A DNA stretch of 59,616 nucleotides, the filler included. It is 5 parts of 5 records of this genome, joined end to end, with 100 filler letters (N's around TTAATTAATTAA, not from the genome) between each part and the next. Parts side by side here need not be neighbours in the genome. Positions count along the whole stretch, not along the records: positions 1 to 30,623 come from SRR31156797_20689; 4 more parts are not named here. The stretch is one strand, 5' to 3'. The position numbers and the translations under genes were made by a program. The notes under the pieces are model-generated. The model ran no database searches. It was not told the DNA's origin and was given only the letters and a program-made list of their open reading frames with translations. This document shows positions 9,613-17,938 of the stretch, piece after piece. Every line of letters starts with the position of its first letter. The first letter of the stretch is position 1.

Positions 9613-9937
9613 ATGGGCAAAGCTGCCACCGATGAGTTTTACCTAATCAATTGAATTCGTATCCATTTTTGTAACTCCCTTTTTAGGCTTGTCTTTAATT
9701 ACAAGGCATCAAAAGAATGCTAGCATATTGATAACGTTGGCTAAAATTATTGGTAGTCCTTTTGAAAAGGACTGCAAAATTTCTTACATGCTTTTCAAAG
9801 TTATTCCAAGGAGATGCCGTTTTAGATGAAATTTATTTTTTGGGCTTATAGTTTGGTTTTTTAGAATATTGTGTGAATCGTTATAGGGTCGAAATAATTG
9901 ACCTTTAAAAAATATGTTTTAGTTAGCATGACTAGGA

Positions 9938-9963
9938 TATCTAAAACGAAACCGTTTTAGATA
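9938..9963. promoter_or_regulatory. Palindromic operator-like site upstream of the xis-like gene
   Basis: TATCTAAAACG-aaac-CGTTTTAGATA perfect 11-bp inverted repeat. An extra half-site CCGTTTTAGAT lies at 9817-9827. Confidence 0.55.
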
Positions 9964-10064
9964 AGTATTTAATTCAAATGGTTGCGCGATAAAAGTGTTG
10001 ATTAGTGCCATGTTTCTGATATCCTGTGTTCAAGGAGTCGTAATCAACCACATGGAGAAATGCA

Positions 10065-10358
10065 GTGGGTGATACAACAGATCGTAGCACATTAACGATG
10101 TTGCGGGATGACTATGGTATGCCGCTCATGTTGAGCTTCAGAGATCTCGAAAAGTGCACCGGCGTGAGCGAAAAGACATTCAAAAACTGGCAGACGCGCG
10201 GACGCCTTCCTTTTCCGGCTCGCCGATACGGGGGAATGCGAAGGGTCCACATACGTGATGTAGCCAAGTGGATTGACGAAGGCGGGATTGGAAAGCCCAA
10301 ACGGAAAAGAGGGCGTCCGACCGCGACCGAGAAATATCGGGCGCAACAAGCCCGATAA
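10065..10358 (+). CDS. Excisionase/recombination directionality factor-like HTH protein with AT-hook-like tail
   Basis: MerR/Xis-type pattern (LSFRDLEKCTGVSEKTFKNW..GRLP..RRVHIRDVAKWI), KRKRGRP tail, GGAG RBS. Confidence 0.75.
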   Translation: MGDTTDRSTLTMLRDDYGMPLMLSFRDLEKCTGVSEKTFKNWQTRGRLPFPARRYGGMRRVHIRDVAKWIDEGGIGKPKRKRGRPTATEKYRAQQAR

Positions 10359-10410
10359 GGAATTCTGAAAAACGTGCTAATAGCGAATAGAAAAAAAATG
10401 ATTTTTAGGG

Positions 10411-10433
10411 AGCTGCCTTAGGGCAGTTTTTTT
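10411..10433 (+). terminator. Rho-independent terminator after the xis-like gene
   Basis: AGCTGCC-ttag-GGCAGTT followed by a T run. Confidence 0.6.
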
Positions 10434-10436
10434 ATG

Positions 10437-10550
10437 TACTGCACATATTTATTGGCAATATTCGCGTGCAATATGTGCAATATTGGAGTGCTGTATGTCT
10501 GCGCAATCTTTTCTGGCAAATTCTTCGATTGCGTTGTCGAAGGCTGTTGA
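10437..10550 (+). repeat. Repeat Y copy 2
   Basis: TTGGCAATATTCGCGTGCAATATGTGCAATATTGG..TTCGATTG..GAAGGCTGTTGAA, homologous to 8209-8335. Confidence 0.55.
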
Positions 10551-10674
10551 ATCCTCGGTAGAACTGTTGAAGAACGGTGGGGCTTCGTTTGAGGGGGGGG
10601 AGGCTGGCGATGATAAGTTACTCCTATCGAACCCTATCGAGAGTGATCGAAGAATTCAAAAAAAGGCTACATTG

Positions 10675-11718
10675 CTAGCCCTCGAAAAAATTATGGATAG
10701 TCGCTTTGAGACTGGCGTTGCCCAGCGACTTCAGGCCGTCTGCAAAGTATTTGTTCCAGTTGGGACCTCGCTCCTTCAAGTCCCAATAAGCGTCCAGCAG
10801 GGAATTGGGATCATCTTCCATGAGCAACTCGATGAGGAGTTGCGCTTGGAGGAGGTCCTTACGTTTCTTGGCTGTTTCAATCGAAGATCGGCGCTGGGAA
10901 ACAATCAGTTTGTGCAAGGCGAACCTAGCTGGATGAGGGACATACGTCAGCGCCCCTCCGCCCACGAGCATGATCGTTTCAACCGGATTAACGGTCAGGA
11001 AATTCAGGAAGCGTTGTGGGAAGCCGTTACTTTTGAGTTTGTTTGACCAGACAGGGCCTCGCTCAGGGCCTGTGAAGGGCATGAGTACATCAACTCGGAT
11101 CTTGTCCTTGTTGATGTAGGAGGTCGGTGGGGTCGTTGGATCCATCCCAGGAATTTCGCTGAATGTCTCGTCGTATTTTTTCAGCGCTTCCAATAATGGC
11201 ATAGGCAAGTTCTCTTCAGCATTGGCAAGGTCGTCCTTGTCTGCTTGAGTTATGTCAACGTCCAAGGTGTAGCGGGCTGCCTGCCCGAATTTGGCTCCAA
11301 ACATCGCGCCATATGCCTGGAAGGCGACAGTCCCGACCAATATTGCTTTTGCCAAGACGCCAGCTTCGTGCAGTCCGAGAATGAGGTTTGCCAGTTTGCC
11401 GGTCGGGGTTGCTACACCAGAAGACTTCAATGTGCTGATGAGCTCCGCCCTGCTGGAATAGCCAGCCTTAGCGTCCTCAAATACCTGAATCCGCTGAGCC
11501 AATTCAGCATCGTTTTTGGGGCCAAGGTATTCCCGCTTGCGCGTTTTGCCAGGCGAAGTCCGTCTGCTTTTTTGGAAATACCAATGCTCCCGACCATCCA
11601 CCATTGCGGTCACAATGTTACCACTCAAAGGCCAGAGGTCCTTGTTCTGCGGCTCCGTTTTGCATTGGTCAACAAGCTCCGCGTAGAGGGTGTGCGTTAT
11701 GATTGGCAATCGTTTCAT
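10675..11718 (-). CDS. GSU2403-family nucleotidyltransferase-fold protein
   Basis: Motifs LVGTVAFQAY..TLDVDI, RVDVL, VPHPARFALHKLIVSQRR, KRKDLLQA. Start taken at MKRLP. Confidence 0.8.
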   Translation of the reverse strand: MKRLPIITHTLYAELVDQCKTEPQNKDLWPLSGNIVTAMVDGREHWYFQKSRRTSPGKTRKREYLGPKNDAELAQRIQVFEDAKAGYSSRAELISTLKSSGVATPTGKLANLILGLHEAGVLAKAILVGTVAFQAYGAMFGAKFGQAARYTLDVDITQADKDDLANAEENLPMPLLEALKKYDETFSEIPGMDPTTPPTSYINKDKIRVDVLMPFTGPERGPVWSNKLKSNGFPQRFLNFLTVNPVETIMLVGGGALTYVPHPARFALHKLIVSQRRSSIETAKKRKDLLQAQLLIELLMEDDPNSLLDAYWDLKERGPNWNKYFADGLKSLGNASLKATIHNFFEG

Positions 11719-11918
11719 GAGGCAACTATAAACCATTTTGAAAATGGAGTATAGACGGCTTGTCTTGCCCAATGCTGTCGAAGACTGTCGAATTCTCAAC
11801 AGGAGTGTTGAAGGGGAGTGAAGGCAAGCCAAGACTGGTGAGAACTATCAAGTCCTGACTCGAATTGCTCAAGGCGATCGGAGAATTGTACTAATCTGGA
11901 TCGTGTGATGCTCGAAAG

Positions 11919-12239
11919 TTAGATCATAACGGCTTTGATGATTCGATGAAGCTGCTGGAGCTTTTCTCCTTCGGCGGAATCGATCACGGCCTTGAGATTT
12001 GTTCGCAATCGCTCGTCGTTTGTTTTGTGGTCGAAGTCGAAAAGGTCTTTGAGTTCGACTTGAAGGCCGGTTGCGATGTTTTCAGCAAGCGATAAGGTGA
12101 CGTTAGCGCCTTCGCGTTCAACTTGGCTTATATACTTGGCTCCAACATTTGAGGATTCCCCCAGCTGTTCCTGGGTGAGTCCTTTTTGTTTTCTCAGTTC
12201 TCTAATCCGTAAGCCCAATAGTTTTGTCGAGTCAGCCAT
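11919..12239 (-). CDS. XRE-family HTH regulator (C-protein-like)
   Basis: LGLRIRELRKQKGLTQEQL..YISQVEREGANVTL. Start at MADSTK. Confidence 0.88.
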   Translation of the reverse strand: MADSTKLLGLRIRELRKQKGLTQEQLGESSNVGAKYISQVEREGANVTLSLAENIATGLQVELKDLFDFDHKTNDERLRTNLKAVIDSAEGEKLQQLHRIIKAVMI

Positions 12240-12448
12240 AATTACCGTCCTTTGGGGGCTAGTATGGCAATGTATTTTTCTAATAAAAACTTGTTGAATT
12301 AAGATTTTGGCCAAAAAAGTCCTGCTAAGATGTTACTTTTGCTTGACGAAGTCGTGTTGAAGTGGTTTTTAAGAGGAGAATGTAAAGCCACAGTGGGACA
12401 ACTGTTTATTTAAACAGAAAAGTCGATCGTCGGTTGCAGGAGAAAACC

Positions 12449-13285
12449 ATGAATTACGGATTCATTCCAAATGAAACAGTTCAATTCCTTCCGGTTCCTT
12501 CCGGAATCAGTCAAAGCGATGTCGACAGACTGCATAAAGAGTACAAGATCATAATCAACAAGCTGGAGAAAAAGCTTGCTCATGAGAAATCTCAAAGGCG
12601 TTTCTGGGAGGAGCATTCAACTACTTTTCAACGTGCATTGAGGGAGTTGACGATTAGGAGCAACACCTATCCCAAGGACGCACATCGGGCCTTGATCTGG
12701 AATAGGCTGCATGAAGACGGTGCGACCGATGAGCTTGTCAAAGCCTTGGATGGTGAGGATGGCCTGGCCTCAATTTCGATGGATAGTGAAGCCTATTTCG
12801 ATGCGGCAGATAAAATTATTGAGGAACTGGAATTCTTGCGAGCGACTTTCTACATGATGAGGGAGTTTCATGTTTCATGGAGGAGCATTTGTCTGAAATT
12901 CATTGCAGGCCATGGCCTCACGAAAAAGAACGTCTTTGACATCAATGACAAGCACAGGGCTGAATTAAAGCTGAACACCTTTGATTTCCGGGAAGAACAT
13001 AAACCCTTTGAGTTTGATGTGATGGAACGCGATTGTCAGGAGAGAATTGAAGACCTGCTGGACATGTGCACGGAAGCAGCTAATAGGTGCGAGGCGAGGA
13101 AAATCAAAGCGGTGGCAGTGAAAAAGACGTGTCGTCATTTAGCGAAGATGCTTGGATTGGATTTCGAATCGCTGGAAAGACGTCATGAGGTCAATATTAA
13201 GCAGGCTGTCGAAAATAGATTTTACACGAAATATCCGGTCAAAGAAGCAAGAGCATTCGTGGATAAGATCTTTGTAAGCATTTAG
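12449..13285 (+). CDS. Hypothetical alpha-helical/coiled-coil protein, divergent from the XRE gene
   Basis: AGGAG RBS before MNYG; helical, heptad-like composition. Confidence 0.65.
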   Translation: MNYGFIPNETVQFLPVPSGISQSDVDRLHKEYKIIINKLEKKLAHEKSQRRFWEEHSTTFQRALRELTIRSNTYPKDAHRALIWNRLHEDGATDELVKALDGEDGLASISMDSEAYFDAADKIIEELEFLRATFYMMREFHVSWRSICLKFIAGHGLTKKNVFDINDKHRAELKLNTFDFREEHKPFEFDVMERDCQERIEDLLDMCTEAANRCEARKIKAVAVKKTCRHLAKMLGLDFESLERRHEVNIKQAVENRFYTKYPVKEARAFVDKIFVSI

Positions 13286-13341
13286 ATCGTCGGAAGGGCT
13301 GCGTGATGCCCTTAAAGTTGATCGGATACACTTCGTTGTTT

Positions 13342-13373
13342 CAAAAGGACGCCCGTCTTGGGCGTCCTTTTTG
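13342..13373. terminator. Bidirectional-type terminator
   Basis: AAAAGGACGCCC-gtctt-GGGCGTCCTTTT. Confidence 0.75.
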
Positions 13374-13547
13374 TTGGCTTAGGGTGTCGTTTTGAATTTG
13401 TATCGCCTTTAGAGTTTTTGATCGGTTGAGGCACGCGAGTAGCTATTTGAAAAGAAAAGCGAAGTTTGGTGATTTTGCAAATTTTTGATCGGTTCACTGA
13501 TCGGATGTTCATGCACGTTTCAGATAGGCCCGGAAGAGGGCAGAAAG

Positions 13548-13605
13548 CGTTACTGGTGGAAAGACGTGTCTACCAGTAACGTGGGGAGTCGGTTTGAAAA
13601 GTGCC
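13548..13605 (+). repeat. Repeat X copy 2
   Basis: CGTTACTGGT-N14-ACCAGTAACG-TGGGGAGTCGGTTTGAAAAGTGCC. Confidence 0.8.
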
Positions 13606-13738
13606 ACAGGTAGTCATTTGGAGAGGATTTGATCCTCGAAGTGTTACCATGGTAATCAGGCCGATTTTTGCGAGATTGGCAATCCGTGTCGAATCAAATT
13701 GGATGGAGCTTTTTGCGGAGAATTTACGCAAAACACAA

Positions 13739-14836
13739 TCACCATCCTAAAGTTCGAGGGGCATCTTTTTCTAGCTCCTCATCGTCAAAGACAAGGTGCT
13801 CTGGCCAGGATATGGGATTGATTGCCTCAGCGTATCTGCGCGCCCAAGAGATATACTCATCCAAGCTAGGGGTGTCCTTAGCCTTAGCTTGAAGTTCGTC
13901 AAGAAAGGCGGATAGTCCTCTGGACAGCTTCCACTGCTTCACATGGCCGAGGACCTGTTCGCCTTTGTATTCATCTATTTCCTGTCGACGTTTTGCTTGT
14001 CGTCTGAGTTCCCACTGTCGCTCTCGTTCAACTCTTTCCAATTCTCGTCTATGGAGAAGGGGTGCCAGATGTTTCAGCGAAGTGACCACCGAAGATATGC
14101 AGTCTTCAATCCGTTGTATTTTGCCGTCGTTCCAAGAAGACCGGCCCCCATATGAATAGCTCCTCACAACGATCGAAAGCCTGCCTGTCGGGGTGAAGAT
14201 GAACCTGTCTTCCCAGAAGATATATTTCCCCTCCTCCCTTTCTTTCTTTGTTCGCTGAATTTTCTCATCAATGCCTATCTCGATCAGATACCCATCGATT
14301 TCGATTTGTGTTGCACGTGATTCATCTTCGTTTTTTAAGGATACAGGGATACCTTCATTCTCGAGTGTCTTGATCAGAGAGTCGAACACAAGGCAAGCGC
14401 GATCAATTTGAGTACGACTAACCTGAATATCAAGCTGCTGTTTGTTTTTAGAATGAACAACGCCTCGGTCATCTGATTTGCCTCTATGCAGCCCATTACG
14501 GGTAATTTTCACGAGTTTGTGAGGAGCATCTAAAGAGCCCGGGACTACTTCGACTGTTGGTGGTTCCTGTTTTGATATTGGCTGTTTTTGCTCTTGCTGG
14601 TGAAGGGTAATGCTGTTGACCCCTTTGGGAGTGAGTTTCAGGAGCTTGGGGTTTGACGGAACGTTCTTTCCTACACGTTTCTTAGCCCAATATCCACGCG
14701 GAGATTTGGGAATCTCCATTGTTTTGCGTCATTTTGCGATGGCTGCATCGGTTACGCCGAAATTTTTAGCGAGTTTGGTGGTTGGCTTTGACCAGATGAG
14801 TTCGAAGAGTTTTTGACGGGGGAGTGCGTGGGACAT
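13739..14836 (-). pseudogene. Island-associated HTH-containing hypothetical protein with a premature stop
   Basis: The frame continues upstream of the track ORF as MSHALPRQKLFELIWSKPTTKLAKNFGVTDAAIAK*RKTMEIPKSPRGYWAK. TGA at 14729-14731 splits the N-terminal HTH. Confidence 0.7.
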
Positions 14837-14943
14837 GGTGATGCCTTCGGATTATGCTTTGGTTTAGATGCAGCATGATGTGATTGAGAATTGGGGCCAG
14901 AAGTCTCACAGCAATCAAGTTGGATGATCGTAGGGCTACCGTT

Positions 14944-14988
14944 CTGTCATGCAGGAGGCCGCGAGTTCTAGTCTCGTCGCTGCCGCCA
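14944..14988 (+). pseudogene. Degenerate 3' fragment of tRNA-Asp(GTC); relic att site
   Basis: CTGTCAT (GTC anticodon loop)-GCAGG-AGGCC-GCGAG-TTCTAGT-CTCGT-CGCTGCC-GCCA. No 5' half upstream. Confidence 0.7.
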
Positions 14989-15097
14989 CTAAAAGAACTA
15001 GGACATTAATCATTTAGGTTGTGGCCTTTTCTTTTTGGTTAATCGTTAAACGATCTAGAAAAGCCTTTTGATTCAGTTTAAAGGACTTTCTTTGTTA

Positions 15098-17812
15098 CTA
15101 AGTTTGTATGTTTATTAGTGCATCGACTTTTCTTTCTTCAATAATGTGAATCCCTTCAAGAACTGTTTTCATGAAAGTGTATAATGGGGTTGAACTGTCG
15201 TATTGTATCGCTTTGTTGCTAGTTGAAGATTTGTAAATGAATGAGCTGCCTTCCTTTTTGTCGAAGACGAGGCAATCGACACAGTCCCGACTTGGTTTGA
15301 ATATTATAAATGGAGAAAGAGGGAGGGCCGTGTTGCTTTCAAGGTCTACCAGATATGATTCTTGTGGGTTTGCGTCGAACAAGCCTTCATATTCAAATCT
15401 GTTGTAAAAAGTCCTACTATCGTGCGCGCACCGAAATGTACCTTTGTAAGCACCGCTTGAAAAAGGTTTTTTTTGGACATCATCAAATTGCCCAAATATT
15501 TTTCCTTTTAACACCTTGTGAAGGATGTTTGTTATCACGATCAGATATTCATGGTGAGGAAAGTCTTCAGATGAAAGCTTGTCATGCTTATGGGCGTTGA
15601 AGTCGTCTATGGCTTTGTTTATTATATCTTCATTTTTTACAAGTTGCTCATGAAGTTTTTTGGTAAATAGCGCCTTTTTTTTGAGAGTTCTATTTGCTTG
15701 ATAAATCAAATGCTTTAATGGCCCCATAGACCGTTTAAATGATTCGCCGATGGTATTCGGTTTAAAACGATTGTTAAGTATCAATTCAGATGCTGACGTA
15801 TAGGCTAGCAGAGATAAAGCTTGCTCAAATACTTCTCTAGCGTTTTTTGCCGCTCGTTCAGAATCTGCTTCACTTAAGTATTGTTTGAGTGGGAGAGATA
15901 CAAGTATGGGTAGATGCTGGAGGAGGTCTTTAAGTTGCAACCATCCCGGGTCTTGGCTTCTCTTTGTTATGATCTGTATCTGTTCGTTCGTAATATAGCT
16001 TATCGATGAATTGCTGGTTCCAAAGTCAAATCCGATATAACGGTTAGAGTTTGTGTTTTGGTTTGCGGTTGTTACATCGAGCATAAATGGGGCGGCATTT
16101 ATAGTAGAGCCTTTTACTCCTGCATCTTCGTTACCTGATTTGTAGATAAATCGCGGATAGGCCGTACCATCTTTTTTGACAGTGATTTCGACTTTTATTT
16201 TTTTGTCAAAAGCGCTTTGCTTTGGCGTATAAACGATGTTGTCGATGTTGTATAAGCAGTTGTGTTGGTCTTTAATTTCAGAAATTTCGCAGTCAAACTG
16301 TTTTGTGAAGTAATAAGACAGGCTGTGTCGAGGGCCATGGTTAAGTCGGACTTTCCATTGAACAGGCGTGTCGATGAAATGTTGTAAATCCTGTGCGGAT
16401 GGTAATAGGTCGCCCTCTTTAGCTCTGGTCATGTCTATTGCGTTCTTAACAGAGGAAAAGCTACGCAGTTCGATTCCTTTTGTGTCAGGATCAAGCAATA
16501 ATTTCACAGGGTTATATGTGACTGATACAAACTCACTTTCTGAATCATAGTGTCGGCGGGCACATTCTATTGCAAGCCCCTTTGCGACTACTTCCTGAAA
16601 TGAATTGCTTATTGAAATTGGGATGGAGTTTGATAGATCCTTTTTAAAATCTTTATCAATAAGCTTACCAAGCCATCGGATATTCGACGAGCCTCCCGAG
16701 ATTAATGTGCGTGTGATTTTTTTTTCGTCAAGCTCTCCCTTGGCGCGACTCAATGCTTCCTTCACGACCATTTTGATTTTGGCATTCCATATGTCAGTGA
16801 TGAAAATCTTCTTAAATTCATGCCCATATATGTCGATAGAAGCCCATTGAGTGTCCGCATTAAATGGGTCTACAGGGATTGGGACGGTGACTTTTTCATA
16901 ACCCTCAGCGTCAAGAGCCCACTCAGTTATTTTGGATGATAATTCGATTTTTGACTGTTCAACGATATGTTCAAGTTTGTTATAGTTTCGCACAAAAGCT
17001 CGTTTGTCTTTAGCTAGGTCTTCAAGTTTGAGGCCATTCTTGTGCATTCTTTCAAGGGCTTTAAAAAACGTTTTTGCCTGTCGTGAGTCTTTGGGGCACT
17101 CTTCAAGAGATTTGAGTATTAGATATTTGCTAAGGGCAGAATTTACATAATAGCCTCCAACTGGGCAGGATGATGCCGCTAGTGGCTTAGAATGCTTTCC
17201 TTTTATACTTATGTCGCCTTTGTTCGTGGATTCAATTATTGAAACATCAAATGTTCCCCCGCCAAAATCGATGATAAGTGCTACTTGTTTTTCAGCTTCC
17301 TGCATAGCGGGATGTTTTAAGCCATACCTGTAGTATTGATAAACCGCGAAAGGCTCAGGAAGGAAATCTACGTCTTTATATGCATGCAAGATGTTACGGA
17401 TGTTTTTGCGATATTGCCTGATCCAATTGTTGTCTTCTGTGTAAAAAGAGAGAGGCTCTGAAATGATAACTTTGAGCCCTTCTTTTTCATGAAAGACAGT
17501 TGAGGCTGCTCCTTCCACATTTTTAAGAATGGCTTTGAAATAGTCATCTGTTAGTTCGTAGGCTGTCTTTTGTACCCCATCAATATTCGTTGGGTAATGT
17601 CTGTGGGTTGTGATTTTTTGCGGAGTGTATCTTCCGAGTTCTATTTTGAAGTTGGCATTTACAAAGTCCTCATTGCTGAGTCGCGAGATGGCGTTATGCC
17701 CCCAATCGTATTGGTGCTTTTTATTGTAACAGAGGACGGAAGGAATATATTCATGGCCGTCGATAGTGACCAGTTGTGTGCCTTCAACAAAAAAAGTTTT
17801 TTTTGAGTTCAT
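15098..17812 (-). CDS. Atypical Hsp70/actin-fold ATPase fusion (904 aa), apparently circularly permuted, with a HEPN-like C-terminal region
   Basis: IPSVL, LPEPFA, IIDFGGGTFDVS, ISGGSSNI and VVAKGLAI motifs. The phosphate-1 motif IGFDFGTSNS occurs at aa ~593-602 rather than at the N-terminus. Confidence 0.8.
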   Translation of the reverse strand: MNSKKTFFVEGTQLVTIDGHEYIPSVLCYNKKHQYDWGHNAISRLSNEDFVNANFKIELGRYTPQKITTHRHYPTNIDGVQKTAYELTDDYFKAILKNVEGAASTVFHEKEGLKVIISEPLSFYTEDNNWIRQYRKNIRNILHAYKDVDFLPEPFAVYQYYRYGLKHPAMQEAEKQVALIIDFGGGTFDVSIIESTNKGDISIKGKHSKPLAASSCPVGGYYVNSALSKYLILKSLEECPKDSRQAKTFFKALERMHKNGLKLEDLAKDKRAFVRNYNKLEHIVEQSKIELSSKITEWALDAEGYEKVTVPIPVDPFNADTQWASIDIYGHEFKKIFITDIWNAKIKMVVKEALSRAKGELDEKKITRTLISGGSSNIRWLGKLIDKDFKKDLSNSIPISISNSFQEVVAKGLAIECARRHYDSESEFVSVTYNPVKLLLDPDTKGIELRSFSSVKNAIDMTRAKEGDLLPSAQDLQHFIDTPVQWKVRLNHGPRHSLSYYFTKQFDCEISEIKDQHNCLYNIDNIVYTPKQSAFDKKIKVEITVKKDGTAYPRFIYKSGNEDAGVKGSTINAAPFMLDVTTANQNTNSNRYIGFDFGTSNSSISYITNEQIQIITKRSQDPGWLQLKDLLQHLPILVSLPLKQYLSEADSERAAKNAREVFEQALSLLAYTSASELILNNRFKPNTIGESFKRSMGPLKHLIYQANRTLKKKALFTKKLHEQLVKNEDIINKAIDDFNAHKHDKLSSEDFPHHEYLIVITNILHKVLKGKIFGQFDDVQKKPFSSGAYKGTFRCAHDSRTFYNRFEYEGLFDANPQESYLVDLESNTALPLSPFIIFKPSRDCVDCLVFDKKEGSSFIYKSSTSNKAIQYDSSTPLYTFMKTVLEGIHIIEERKVDALINIQT

Positions 17813-17938
17813 ACTTTCTTACCCTTTAAGGTCGGCTGTCGAGGACGTAACGGTCTTTATGTCGGACGTCTGCCCTCATAAATGATTGCCTGGAGCTGTT
17901 GTTTCTTTGATGAGTCTTGTAGGAATTTATATACTTGT

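Noticed and set aside
10483-11046. 187-aa plus-strand ORF
   Set aside because: Mostly antisense to the nucleotidyltransferase gene and starts inside repeat Y.
14729-14731. In-frame TGA as possible selenocysteine
   Set aside because: It lies in an HTH region with no redox motif and I see no convincing SECIS hairpin. A TGG-to-TGA nonsense change is simpler.
15098-17812. Calling the Hsp70-like gene dnaK or hscC
   Set aside because: Motif order is permuted, the C-terminus is unrelated, and there are no J-domain or GrpE neighbours.
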